A DNA stretch of 64,000 nt from Macrostomum lignano. Its lineage: Eukaryota. The position numbers were made by a program, and so were the translations under genes. Below, piece after piece: positions 36,667 through 56,244 of this stretch. Numbering within the stretch: the first letter of the stretch is position 1; the number at the start of each line of letters is the position of its first letter. Under the pieces are notes generated by a model. The model made no database searches, had not been told where the DNA came from, and saw only the letters and a program-made list of their open reading frames with translations. Location of the stretch: positions 1 through 64,000 of the forward strand of contig NIVC01002460.1 in assembly GCA_002269645.1 (NCBI GenBank), written 5' to 3'.

Positions 36667-37255
36667 TTAGAATTTTTTGTTACAATTGTTACTTTTCTCA
36701 GTAATCCCTAAGCATTCTCCATCGATTGATGAGGCTAGAGGCAGCTGGGCATGCAGGTGGAATTGAAAACCAGCTGCAGATAATAAGTCTGGGGAGTTAA
36801 AACGACGTATTGGGGAGTCAAAAATCTCGTGAGCAAACAGAGAAACAGAGTGTTGGAGCTTATTTTTTGCAGTTGCATTCCAGCTTGTCAAGTCTTTGAT
36901 GTATTTTGCTAGAATTTCTATAATGTCCCGGCCTATCTTGATCAAGTAATCAGGTAAAGTACTTAACTCTGGGCTGCAGGTCCCATTCTTGCAAGGGATC
37001 CTTGGTCTCGCAGTCCTTATTGTTTCGCAGGCCTGTGTTAATTGCTTGCCAATCTAAACTGTGATAGGGGTGCGCTTTTAATTCTGGATTGGAAATTTCT
37101 AGGAAATACATATCGGTTAAGTACCGTTTGAGCTGACTTAGCTTTAAAGAGTTCTCTAGTCTTTGTCTCCAGTGTCTCGTAAATTCTAGTTTAAAGGCGA
37201 CAACTTTTAATGCCCGCATTGAAACAATTCCGTGTTCAAGTACTTGTCTTCTGTA
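36667..37255 (-). CDS. Putative coding segment of unknown function (two adjacent ORFs)
   Basis: Acceptor ctgactttcgctcttctacag at about 37256. The two ORFs join in frame if 36967-36937 is a 31-nt intron. Confidence 0.3.
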
Positions 37256-37828
37256 GAAGAGCGAAAGTCAGGTAATTGTGCGTCGAATCACAGCTGTCTA
37301 ACAGGAATTACAGCTATCTACCAGGAATCGCTCCTGTCTAATAGGAATCGCTCCTGTCTAACAGGAATCGCTCCTGTCTAACTGGAATCGCTCCTGCATA
37401 ACAGGAATCGCTCCTGTCTAACAGGAATCACTCCTGCATAACAGGAATCGCTCCTGTCTAACGGGAATCTCTCATTTTTATCCGGAATCGCAGCTGTCTG
37501 ACAGGAATCGCTGTTGTCTATCAGGATCGCAGCTGCCTAACAGGAATCACAGCTGTCTAACAGGAATCGCAGCTGTCTAACAGGAATCCTCCTGTCTAAC
37601 AGGGATCGCTGTTGTCTAACAGGAACCGCTCCTGCACAACAGGAATCGCTTCTGTCTAACAGGAATCGCAGCTGCTAACAGGAATTGCAGCTGTCTAACA
37701 GGAATCCTCTTGTCTAACAGGAATTGCTCTTGTCTAACAGGAATCGCTCCTGTCTAACAGGAACCGCTCCTGTATAACAGGAATCACAGCTGTCTAACAA
37801 GAATCCTCTTGTCTAACAGGAATTGCTC

Positions 37829-38478
37829 GGGAGTACGACGTTTGCTTGAGGGAAGTTTGCTTGCCGAACTTTGCTTGCAGGAACTTTGCCTGCCGAACTT
37901 TGCTTGCGAAATTTTGATGTCTGCTTTCTAAAAATTTGCAATCACACAATCGCAAGATTTTAACTTGCAGAATTATTTTCTTGTTTGCTTGCTTGTTTTG
38001 ATTGCTTGTAAAGTTGGTCAGTCAATTATTACTTACTACAGATGCTTTGCAAGTGGATTCTTATCATGGTCGACGTAAACTGACTTGACACTAAGTTTTC
38101 AAACTAGGCTTATAGAGTTTCATTCTAAGAATGTAGTATATAGAATGCTTAGAGATTTAGTATAGGTAGATAGGGATTGGTAACAGTATAAATATTTGTA
38201 GTTCCTGATTTCAGCACGATTGAGCAGGTATGATAATTGCAGTGATGCAGTGTTGCAGTGATCTTAGAAAATGAAAATTAGAAATACAAGAGCTCAAAAA
38301 TAGGTTTCTTTAAGGTCCCGCAAAACTTTGGCTGGCAAACCTCGCAAGAAAATTTCCTGCAAGCAAACTTCGGCAAGCAAAGTTCGGCAAGCAAAGTTCG
38401 GCAAGCAAAGTTCGGCAAGCAAAGCTCGGCAAGCAAACTTCGGCAAGCAAACTTCTCGCAAGCAAATTTCATAGACCC
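37829..38478. mobile_element. MITE with tandem-subunit inverted ends (Merlin/Mutator-type)
   Basis: ggg...ccc termini, inverted arrays of ttgcttgccgaactt / aagttcggcaagcaa and an exact 8-bp TSD aattgctc (37821-37828 and 38479-38486). Confidence 0.82.
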
Positions 38479-39614
38479 AATTGCTCCTGTCTAACAGGAA
38501 TCGCTCCTGCATAACAGGAATCACGTCTGTCTAACAGAAATCGCTGTTTTCTAAAAGAAATCGATCCTGTCTAACAAGATCAACATCTGTCCTCTCTCTA
38601 ACAAAAATGACCATTGTCTAGCAGTAATGGTTTTATTAACAATAATCTACCTGCATACCTGACACACGAGCTTTCCTTTTTAACGGTTGTTAACCCTTTT
38701 CTAGTGGGAATAAATTCCTCCTTGTAATATTCCTACTATTAAAGTTTGAATACATTCGTGTATATAGTACCATCAGATTTCACCACGTATTTTCGCTAGA
38801 ACCTCAGTTTTCTTGATAAATCCGCTTTTTTACAGCAAATCTGAATAATACAGACTTTTAATTACAGCTGCAGTTGCACTTCTGAAGACAATTAATAGGC
38901 AGGGCCTCAACCTTTGCTGTCAAGCAAAAAAATTTTGCTCCAGGCCCGCGTAGGTAATTGGGCATTTTTATTGGCCTCTGTCAGTAGCATCTGAATGAAA
39001 CAATTAATTTTAATTCCGTCTAGGTCTCATTAGGAGCTTTGCTGATGAATTAATTTATCACACAGATTATGAAAAAAATATTAGTCACAATAGTTGGCAC
39101 GTTACCACTGTACAGTGTAGTTATCCACGATGAATTATGTTTCAAGAGTTATTTACTACATGTATTGGCTCCAATTAGACATGTAGTATCGGCCCTGATA
39201 GCACAAAAACAATTTTATAGCTTATTGATGTAAATCTTCTGCAAATCTGGGACATCCAAATAATCAATGTCTTACATGTAAAACTATAATTTATATTAGT
39301 ATATAAAGTAATTAAAACGTAGGACATATTCGATATAAATTAGTATACCTTGCATCCTTGTATAAATATTACATGTAGCAGTAAGTATCTGTTAAACAGT
39401 TGGCGTATTTGGTCAGTTTTTATCAGTTTTCTCATCTTATCATCTCATTTCAGGTCAGTTCAGTGGTGTCTTACATTATTGCAATCGACTTTCAATTACT
39501 CGTATATAGACGCAGTTTCGTTTTTTACGTTAAATTGTTGCACTTATTACCGCGAAGACAACTTAAGCTAGACTAAGTCGTCCTTGTTTATTACATGTAC
39601 ATGTATTCTACGCA

Positions 39615-39838
39615 GGGAACCGATCAAAAGGGCGACAGATCAAAAGGGCGACAGTCAAAAGGGCGACAGTCGAAAGGGCGACAGTCAAAACGGCGACAGT
39701 CAAAAGGGCGACAGGGTATTATAAGACTTGCATTTGTTTATACGATAGTACGATAGTTTAATGTATTAGAGTTGTACTTTTGACTGTCGCCGTTTTGACT
39801 GTCGCCCTTTTGATCTGTCGCCCTTTTGACCTGTAGCC
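39615..39838. mobile_element. MITE with tandem-subunit inverted ends (Mutator/Merlin-type)
   Basis: Inverted (caaaagggcgacag) arrays, GG/CC termini and an exact 9-bp TSD ttctacgca (39606-39614 and 39839-39847). Confidence 0.85.
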
Positions 39839-41199
39839 TTCTACGCACACGCAACACAGTTTGGCAAAGTGCAAAGTTTACATATCTTACCTGAAATATG
39901 CGAGACAAATAGCTGTGACAAAAGCTTACAGTAACAACCGTGCTTTTCAATTCAAATAAAATAAACGTAGAGACGTTCACGATTTAGCAAGGGGCGTCAA
40001 ACAAGATGCATGCAGCATTGCAGACTGGTCGGACTGATCGACCTGGTCTTACGAATGGATTTAAATTTATGCGCACTTTTTTACCACGAGAGTACTTTAA
40101 CAAAAAATGCAGTTTATGCTTTGTTGATGATTTTTTATTAGTAGGTTAATATGATTAAAGCATTTTATTTCCAAAATTTATATCTAGTTGGTCAGATATA
40201 CATGACAGTGTAAGTACACTAAACACCGATTCAAAACAAGAAAGGATATCACCAATTCTTGCATGACCGAAGCCAAGACTCAACAGTTCATTGTCAGTCA
40301 AGTGCAGTGGTGGGCCTATAGAATTCTGTATAAGTCTAGCGTATCAAATATCAGGCTTAAGATAAATCGATTAATGCAAAAATTCATTGAATGGATTTAC
40401 AATTTAGCACAAACTCTGACTTAAGTAAATTCAACTATCAAGACTAAATCATTTAACTAGTAATATTAAGCATCTATAACTTGAACTTGAAGTAACTATT
40501 ACAAATTACAGCTAGGCCCAATTATAAATTATTATAAATTAAATTATAACTTTAAAGACAATATTTAGTTTTTATACTGTCTGACTATAGTGCCAAAAAC
40601 CAGCAATATTATAACTTAGGCTAGTCTGGTAGCATTGCTTATTTAATAGGCAGTTGTTATTGTTACCGTGAATGTATAAATAGCAAAACAGTTTTTTTAC
40701 AGTTAACGCATAAGACACTATGCGGGCCTATGGTCTTTACTTAATGTAACTGTATAAATAGCCAAACTGTTATTTTTATGGTCACTGTAGATAGGAAGCA
40801 AAATGGCTATTTTTACAGTTATGTGGAAGAAATTTCTGTTAAATTACAAGGTAATAGTTAAAAATTACCTAAAGTAAGCTACCATGACAAGAACCACTAG
40901 AAGTTACCATCATATTTATTAATAAAGTGTTTTTTTATTTTTTAAATTTAACCATCATAGGACATAGTATTTGCATAGGCCTAGCAAGTTTGTCACTTCA
41001 TTTAGATGGTATTTTAGTATATTATGGATTTGTTTTAAGTATTAACTGTAAAAATAACCGTCTTGCTATTTATATGGTAACTATAACAATAACAACTGCC
41101 TATTTAATATTTTATAAATTTATATACATTGACTAAAATAGTAATATAAGTACTCAAAGTAGTTTACTAGTAGTAAATTTTTATTCATATATAATTTAT

Positions 41200-43417
41200 G
41201 GTAACCAGTTGTTTTGCCCATAAACCATTTTGGCCATGGACATGTTGCCCCTAGACCATTTTGCCCATAGACTGTTTTGCCCATATAGACCATTTTGCTT
41301 CCAAGTGCCCCTGTTTGGCCAAGGTAGTGCAATGAATGCATAAACTTGAAGAAAAGTAACTTAAAATAAAAATAAAAGAGAATAGTAGCATATTGAATTA
41401 TTGACTGACTAAGAAATATGTATATTGTAGGCCTAACTTTAATTCAATTTATTCATTTTAGACCAAACCTTTTTTCATTATTTGATTGTTCAAATGGGCT
41501 TTAATTGTCATACTTTTAAATGGAATGACTTTAAAAAACTCATAATAATTTATAATAGGGGCCTAGTAATAAACAATATTGCAATAATGCAATAACATTT
41601 GTTATACTTATAGCAACAATTTAGATCATATTTGGTTATACATTAAAACAAAAAATTAGCATTGAAAAATGAAAATAAAGATATATATGTTTATATCCCC
41701 TATTGGAATAAGTTGACAAAATGCAGATGACCATCTATCGCATTTTCAGATTTTCCTGGTGTTGCGTTGCACGACAGTGGTATCAAGTGGTGTGTCGCAT
41801 TGTGCGACAGTGCTGTCTAGCACTATTGCGGGACAGTCATGTTTCAGTCATGTTTGTTTTATACTTTTATTTATGATGTCAGACAGATAAAAAATAAAAA
41901 TCTAAATGAAATGTGAAGACATGTGGGTCATGCGGTCTCCCCCCTTAGGACTAGGATGACTAGTCTAAGTGCATGATTGATTAGGTGGGCAATGTGCAAC
42001 GTGGCTGCTGTGGCATCCCCATCCCCCCCTGGTCATTTGGTCAATAGACATCGGTGTTATGTCACATGTTGCCACCCTCCAGTCAACAAAATTTGGTGTC
42101 ACATTGCACTTTTGAAAGTACAATTTTGGCACCTATGTTGCATGTCTGCGGGTTTTTGAAACTTATTCCAATAGGGGTTGTATCTCTAAATTATATAATC
42201 ATAATTTTGGCCAAAATGCCTATAGCTAGGGATGCTAAAATACTGGACTTGCCCAAAACTGGGATTCCAGTATTCAATATAGGAATTTTGCCAATACCAG
42301 TTTTAAATACCGGTATTCAATAGCTTTTTTCATATTTTGGCTCCCAAATTTCAAAAAAGTCAAATTTTATTGCATTTTACCTGTCATTTTTGTATTGGCT
42401 ATCTTTTGAATGCATTATAAATCTATATAAATTTATAAATTACTGAACCATCCTGACTTTTAAATCCAATCAATTTGTGAAGTAGTAGTAATTGTTTGTA
42501 CAATAGTTATCATTTTAGTAGCATTCTTACTAGCCTTACCTTATTGTTTTATTGATTGCCTTATCATATTCGCCTTAATACAGCTATATTGTTCATTAAA
42601 TAGATCACAAAAAATCATGTGTCTTCTAATTAGTTTCAATTCTATTTTTCCTTATTACGTGGTTAAATGTATTACCTTGCTTTATTATGCTTAATATATA
42701 TGTACTATTGCTTAAATTTTGTTATAATTGTCTGCTATATTTGGTAAAATTACTATAAATACGAGCAAATATATGGTGATATTTAGCTAATGGGTAACTA
42801 ACAATTGCTATTAGGCCTCAGTGCCGATTCATTAGGCATTTTGCCTTCCTACCTCCCCACTCCCTATAAGCATCCCACTCTATGCTGGCATTCCCCATTA
42901 ACTGTTAGAATTCCCCATTAGCTATTCAAATACCCCATTGGTACCCATTTCCTAGGCAACTCCGATCCTTTCTCCTCTCTCCCCCTAGGACTGATTAGAT
43001 ATATAGTGTATTGCTGCTTGGACACTTATGCCACTAGAAGTATCCCCAGGCTTACTCCTTATAGTAGCATAAATTGAACATTTTCCCCAATTATAAGAAA
43101 TCCCCAAATTCTGAGTATATTTAAAGCTAAAAAGCCAAAGCAAAAGCATTTTTTAATTTCTAGGAAAATGCAATTTAAACAAAATTGCAAATTTGTAAAA
43201 ATACAGACATAATTTTAGATCAATACTGGACCAATACCATACCCTAATACCAGTATTGGTAATGCCAAAAATGGTCCAAATCTGGTATTTTTCAAAACTG
43301 GGATCCCAGTATTAGCATCTCTACCTATAGCCAAATTGGTTTAGCTATGGGTGAAATGGTCTCAAGGCAAAATGTCCATGGCCAAAATGGTTTAGCTGGG
43401 CAAAACAACCAAAATTT
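41200..43417. mobile_element. Decayed Mutator-like inverted-repeat element carrying nested insertions
   Basis: Inverted arms gttgttttgccca..aaaccattttggccatggacat at about 41208 and about 43410, with a 9-bp TSD ataatttat (41191-41199 and 43418-43426). Confidence 0.75.
42227..43323. mobile_element. hAT-type MITE nested in the previous element
   Basis: TIRs tagggatgctaa..tactgg / ccagtattagcatctcta with an exact 8-bp TSD cctatagc. Confidence 0.85.
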
Positions 43418-45331
43418 ATAATTTATCATTTTTATATATAGAGATTAGCTAAAAGTTGGATGGGATCTTGATCTGGCTAAAGTCTTGATCTCTTAAAAAA
43501 TTTGATTCTTTAATTCCTATAGGATTAGGATTTTAACTCTAAAAAAAATTAAGTATAGTATAACCATAGGTATAAGCCTAGGTTTTTTATTCAAAATTTA
43601 TAAATATTAATGATTACTTCAATGCCTTTTTTTAAATAGTAATAGTCCACTTTGGTAATAGCTCACATCCTCAAATCTGTTACATAGTAAGCCCATCCAG
43701 AAAAAATGACCCCCAATACCATAAATTCAAATGCATAAATTTTTTGCATTGTGGCAATATAAGGCCTTTTTTACATTATGACATTTGGTCTTTTATATGC
43801 CAATAGCTATGCTATATGCTAGCTCTATGGCCCAATTTTCTGGCAGATTGTGCCATATACTAGATACTTTATGCCAACCATTTTTTGGGTCCATTGTATG
43901 CCAGAATTTTTTAGCATATTCTATGTAAGTTTTAGGAGTGGGAATAGGCCTAATAGCCACTTTAGTAATAGGCAAATAGCCACTTTGGTAACAAATGATA
44001 ACCAATTTAATAATAGCCATTTTGGTAAAAGCCACTTTGTCTTTAGTAATGAGTATAGGGAAAATAAATAAATAAATAAATATTTAATAAAATTAAATAT
44101 ATTAATTGATATATTTCAAAAGAATACACAAACAAACTTAAAAGGAAGAACAATATAAATAATTAAGATATTTTTTTGCATACTTTGAGAGCTTTAAATT
44201 GATGCAAAAAACTATATATATCTATTTATATGTATAATGCACATATGTTTATCCTCTTTATCTAACTTGTTTAAAAGTTTTTTAACCAATCTATATATAT
44301 TTTACTTTCTAGGTATGCAAGATATGCATAGGGGGCTTACATCAGAGACAACTTGTAATTGACCAAATATTGTATATATTAGAATCTCTAAGTTAGCAAC
44401 TTGAAATTATAGCAGATCTACTTTTTTCAATGTTAAGCTTTTTGCCCAAATTTCTTTGCCTTCAATTTTTTTCCACAAAAGTAATATGCAAGTTTTAACA
44501 AATTATAACATAGTTTAACTTTAGAATTAACTTTAGAATTGAATCATACCTAGCACTAAAATATTTGACATGTTAATTATCAAACTAATCCTTGAAATAG
44601 TTGTTAAAGTTAATTATCATAAATATATTATGTTATATTGACAGTCATGAATCTCCTTTGTAAGACTCAAAAGCATTACTTTTAGAATTTAGAAAGGATA
44701 ATAAAGATTTTTTGAGATACAACATTAAGCCTAATAAGCATCTAGGAGGATTAGGCCTATTTACACTATTCTATCTATCAATGCCAATATTGTTATTTGT
44801 ATATTGTGTCCAATAAAAATAATAAAAAGAAAAACTAATTAAATAATATTGAGATTTTTAATAACGTAATATATATATCAAATACAAATATGATATTGAT
44901 AATATCATAGTCATAAAAAGTCAGTTACAAATCTTGACTTTTTTCTTGAGATCTTAAAACTGAAATAGAAAAAAGTGTTGAGATTGAGACTGAAATCTTG
45001 TCCTACCCCTATTTATGTTTAGGCATAACCTAGGATAGGGATTTACCCAGCCATTTCTATTTGCAACATATATAAGTTGCTATTGGATAGAATAATAGTC
45101 TGCTCTTAGCCAACTATAACTGCTATATCTATAATTATAACTTTGGCTATTTGACTATTAGACTATTGATTGCTCTCTGCCAATTGTGACATATATAGGC
45201 CTATGTGTTGCTAATAGAAATAGCCAAGTGATTCCCAAGGTTGTGCATATAGACCCCTTTTATTATATCATAACTTTGTTAGTTAAAATACTTTGTATCT
45301 ATTATGTTTTACCTTTTAATCATTGATCTGA

Positions 45332-45628
45332 CATACATGCGCAACAGTCGGCCGAGTCGGCCGATCCGGCCGACCGATTTGGCGGCCAATCAAGGAAGTC
45401 GCAAAAATGCCCACCCAAAAATAACCTAAAGAGTAGTACTAAGTAGCTGACGAGGCATTTTAGCTTAATAAAACAGTCATAGTTACTCCTGCCGTTTACC
45501 CAAAGTTGCGTTAATTTTGCTTTCGGGTTTTTTTAAATGTAAGTCGCATTTTTGGCCAAAAACTACGTCGCATTTTTGTTAAAACTAAGTCGCACGGCTG
45601 ACCGAATTTTGGAGGTTGCACATGTATG
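45332..45628. mobile_element. CpG-rich young MITE
   Basis: TIR catacatg(c/t)gcaac at both ends. The 8-mer attgatct lies on both flanks, offset by 2 nt on the left. Confidence 0.7.
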
Positions 45629-47304
45629 ATTGATCTTTGATTTTGATCTTAATTTTGTCAACCTTGACCTATGGGTACTAGGTGGGTTTTTGTCCTGATA
45701 TTACATGTGATTTCACACCTATGGTCCAATTTAAAAATGCAAATTTTAAAAGCAAAGTGCAGCACTACTACAATAGAAAAAAAACAAAAAAATTAAATTT
45801 AAGAAACATTTTTTTGCCAAATCTAGCTTCCTAGTATCATTGTAAACAAACTGATATATTATTTGTATAAATAGGTTACTTGGATTCCACTTTATGAACT
45901 TAAGTTGATAGGCCCTTTTGAGTAATATCTTACATTAAAATATCACAAAAAGTTGTCATAGATATTTTTTCTTGATATAACATGTTTATGTACTTCTAAT
46001 AGTATGCTATATACTGTATTTGTGGTATATCATGTAATATTAGTAGTATATCCTGTATTATTGCTTGAGTTATCTTATGGCACTATATATTGTATCCTAC
46101 TTCATATATTCTTATATTTAAAATTTTCTTTTATTAGGGTTTCTCTTATTCTAAATATTTCTAGAATCAAAAGTATCATAGTTTACTCTGGATTGTACAT
46201 TTTTTCTGTCTAATGCAATTTATTAGATTCTAAATCTAATGTTCTTATTTTTTTAATAGCAATGGATTTTCTTGATGTCTAGGTTTTAATGCCAGAAAAG
46301 AAAGAAGTAGAAATGCATATGTATATTGTTATATTTCTATTAGCTAATGTTATTCATTTTATATGCTTATAAATACAACTTTTAACAAAATCATTTATAA
46401 AGCTTTAACTCTGTTAACATCAATAAATATGCAAAAAGACAACATCTCTGTTCTTATGTAGCAATAGAGATTATAGTTTTTGATATATATCTGGAAATGT
46501 ATTGGATTCATTTTGTTTTTTGCAGAGTTTTTGAATTTTTACATTCATTAGACTACTTTAAGTAGGCCAGTCCTTTGTGTCTTCATTTTAATTGTAGTTT
46601 AAGTTAACAGAAAAGCAGAAATTGTGGCATGCAGTTGTGTTTGTATTTTTAGGCATTCTATATAAGCAGCTTACATTATATATTGACAGTGGCAGTGCTC
46701 TCATTTTTGTGCATTATTGTCATATTTGCCCACACATTAGTTTTAGAGTTGCTTTCAACTATTTTTTATAGCTTCTACTCTCTTAGCTCTCCAGTCAGGG
46801 CTACCTGTTTGCAATAAATCTCTATCTGCCTTCATGCATCACTTTGCTGGCTTCCTCCCGTTTCTATCCTGCCATTGTTTTCTCCAGGGACCATGCGAGA
46901 GTGCCAGCTATTGCCTTTCTTTCCCTCCAGCTGTGTACACGTTTGATTGTACATTCGGAATTTGATGACTGGATTCCTATTGGGTAGCCTGAGAACAAAG
47001 GATGCTGAAGCTGAGGGTAGCTCAGATGGGGGATGAAAATTCTGGGAAGAGGATCTTTGCTACTGGCTATTGTTCTTTAGGGTGACAGCCGTACCTGGCT
47101 CCGTGTGTATATATTTGGGTAGGAGAGTGAGGCTTGTTCCTACGCTCAGCTCAGCCTACCCTGTTTCTTTGTTTCCTTTTTTAGCTTGCGTTTATAATTA
47201 TTCGTATAATATTCTGATGATCATTCTTTGATAATTGCAGCCAGTTAAAGTTATGCAATCTCGCCTTAATATATTAGATAAATAAATAAATAGTAATAAA
47301 AAGA

Positions 47305-52697
<5,393 letters not shown>

Positions 52698-52894
52698 CGT
52701 GACATACAGTTTAGAGATAGGTGTATTGCTGGCACAAACTTAACTTATTAGCTACAGCGCTGGCCCCACGGATTTCAAATACCCGATTTCGTCATTCGTT
52801 GCTTTCTTATATTATTAAGGAGCTAAATATGAGTACTCCCGTCTCTGCTGGGCTCGTGTGGGACACAGCGAGATTTTCTTAATTGGGAATTAGA

Positions 52895-52943
52895 GACAGA
52901 CAGACTGACTGACTGACTGACTGACACTAAGACATTAAGATAG

Positions 52944-53006
<63 letters not shown>

Positions 53007-53253
53007 CTAAGACAGACAGACAAACAGACACTAAGACAGACAGACAAACAGACACTAAGACAGACGGACAGACAGACAGACAGACACTAAGACAGACACA
53101 CAGACGGACACTAAGACAGACAGACAAACAGACACTAAGACAGACAGGCAAACAGACACTAAGACAGACACACAGACAGACACTAAGCCATTAAGATAGA
53201 CAGACGGACAGACAGACAAACAGAAACTAAGACAGACAGACAGACAGACACTA

Positions 53254-53286
<33 letters not shown>

Positions 53287-53910
53287 CTAAGACAGACAGG
53301 CAAACAGACACTAAGACAGACAGACAAACAGGCACTAAGACAGACAGACAAACAGACACTAAGACAGACAGACAAACAGACACTAAGACAGACAGACAGA
53401 CACTAAGACAGACACACAGACGGACACTAAGACAGACAGACAAACAGACACTAAGACAGACAGGCAAACAGACACTAAGACAGACACACAGACAGACACT
53501 AAGCCATTAAGATAGACAGACGGACAGACAGACAAACAGACACTAAGCAGACAGACAAACAGACACTAAGACAGACAGGCAAACAGACACTAAGACAGAC
53601 AGACAAACAGACACTAAGACAGACAGACAAACAGACACTAAGACAGACAGACAAATAGACACTAAGACAGACAGACAAACAGACACTAAGACAGACAGAC
53701 AAACAGACACTAAGACAGACAGACAGACAGACACACACACTAAGACAGACAGACAAACAGACACTAAGACAGACAGACAAACAGACACTAAGACAGACAG
53801 ACAAACAGACACTAAGACAGACAGGCAAACAGACACTAAGACAGACAGACAAACAGACACTAAGACAGACAGACAAACAGACACTAAGACAGACAGACAA
53901 ATAGACACTA

Positions 53911-53943
<33 letters not shown>

Positions 53944-54054
53944 CTAAGACAGACAGACAAACAGACACTAAGACAGACAGACAAACAGACACTAAGACAG
54001 ACAGACAAACAGACACTAAGACAGACAGACAGACACACAGACAGACAGACACTA

Positions 54055-54091
<37 letters not shown>

Positions 54092-54214
54092 CTAAGACAG
54101 ACAGACAAACAGACACTAAGACAGACAGACAAACATACACTAAGACAGACAGACAAACAGACACTAAGACAGACAGACAGACACTAAGACAGACACACAG
54201 ACAGACAGACACTA

Positions 54215-54255
<41 letters not shown>

Positions 54256-54504
54256 CTAAGACAGACAGACAAACAGACACTAAGACAGACAGACAAACAG
54301 ACACTAAGACAGACAGACAGACAGACACACACACTAAGACAGACAGACAAACAGACACTAAGACAGACAGACAAACAGACACTAAGACAGACAGACAAAC
54401 AGACACTAAGACAGACAGGCAAACAGACACTAAGACAGACAGACAAACAGACACTAAGACAGACAGACAAACAGACACTAAGACAGACAGACAAATAGAC
54501 ACTA

Positions 54505-54537
<33 letters not shown>

Positions 54538-54648
54538 CTAAGACAGACAGACAAACAGACACTAAGACAGACAGACAAACAGACACTAAGACAGACAGAC
54601 AAACAGACACTAAGACAGACAGACAGACACACAGACAGACAGACACTA

Positions 54649-54685
<37 letters not shown>

Positions 54686-54808
54686 CTAAGACAGACAGAC
54701 AAACAGACACTAAGACAGACAGACAAACATACACTAAGACAGACAGACAAACAGACACTAAGACAGACAGACAGACACTAAGACAGACACACAGACAGAC
54801 AGACACTA

Positions 54809-54849
<41 letters not shown>

Positions 54850-54937
54850 CTAAGACAGACAGACAAACAGACACTAAGACAGACAGACAAACAGACACTA
54901 AGACAGACAGACAGACAGACACACAGACAGACAGACA
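52895..54937. repeat. (GACA)n-derived compound satellite with cactaa interruptions
   Basis: Directly visible. Confidence 0.97.
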
Positions 54938-55679
54938 TGCCCTTAAGCGTGCTCTGAAGGCTAACTTATACATTGTACAAGTTTATATTTCAGATAGAAA
55001 GTAAAGTACTTCATTCTTTTATGGATTTCTTGTATCCATGTTATGTATTTCTATATTTGCGCACTATTAGCCTCCCTGCAAGCTTAGTGTACAGTCAGAC
55101 AGGGAACGCGAGTGGCTGATTCTGTTTTCTCTTTTTTTAACTGTCACTTTGTTGTTTACCTCTCTTTGCTTTTAGGCTATTTCTTGTTGTATACATTTTA
55201 CAGATTATTTCCATTCCACGTAGTTGCTTGCGTCTTGAATATTTTCACTATTCTCAGCTCGTCACGGAGTAAATGGTGTGTCTTTCCTATCCACGAAAAA
55301 ATATTGTCTTGTTAATTATACACTCTGATCTTTGTTGAACTATTGTCAAATGTAGTCTTTGTCTTGTTTTATTCTAGTCTTTGTGATATTTGACTTGGCT
55401 TGAATCGAGGACTTTACTGTTTTCAAGTGCCTTTAAAGTTAATATATATTTTTTTAAACTTCAATTGGCTTCACGCTTTTGGCTCTTTTTCTGTATTCTA
55501 TACTACGAGTACACTTACAATAAATACATTCGTTAATATTAAAATCATATTTATTGCCTTTAGATTTTTCCTTATTATTATATTTTAGCCCGCATAGCCT
55601 GCATCTGTCATCGGGTCCTTTAACACTTACAATGGCATGGCAATCCGGCCCGCTCAAGGTTTATTCTCAGTTCTCTTAC

Positions 55680-55995
55680 CTCATCTCTCCTATATTCTCT
55701 TCTCTCTCTCTTTCTCTCCTGTCCCCACTTCTCTCTTCTCTCTCCCCCATCTCTCTTCTCCCTCCCCCTTCTCTCCCCTCCTCTCTGCCCCTTTCTCTTT
55801 TCTCTCTCCCCTTTTCTCCTCTCTCCCTTTTTCTCTTCTCTCCCCACTTCTCTCCTCTTCTCTATCCCCTCCCCTTCCCTCTTCTCTCTTATCTCTCCTC
55901 TCTTCTCTCCCCCTTCTCGCTTCTCTCCTGTCACCCCTTCTCTATCTCTCTTCTCTCCTTTCTCCCATCCTCTCTTCTCTCCCCTATTCCCTAAC
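55680..55995. repeat. CT-rich low-complexity tract
   Basis: Directly visible. Confidence 0.9.
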
Positions 55996-56244
55996 CTTTC
56001 CACTCTTAGTTGTCCCGCAGTCATTAGCTGGGTTGTTTATCTGAACCTTGATGTATATATACAACTTGCTCGCTGTTTTTTCAGTCGGTCTTTTAGAAGC
56101 AATTGGTATTAACATATTTTTCTGCTTTTTTCAATGCATTTCAGCAGTAATCAATTATCCTAATACAAACGTGCTAGGCTTGAATTTTTAATGCTAAACT
56201 AGAATTGAAAGAGATTTTTTTCTGGCTGGACTAGCGGAAGCAAA

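Larger units (their letters stand above)
35610..38580. repeat. 20-bp satellite (tgtctaacaggaatcgctcc) in three blocks: 35610-36175, 37290-37828, 38479-38580
   Basis: The same unit is visible in all three blocks, interrupted by unique sequence and a MITE. Confidence 0.92.

Noticed and set aside
40927-46213. Short hydrophobic ORFs in AT-rich blocks
   Set aside because: Expected by chance in AT-rich decayed transposon DNA; no splice or homology support.
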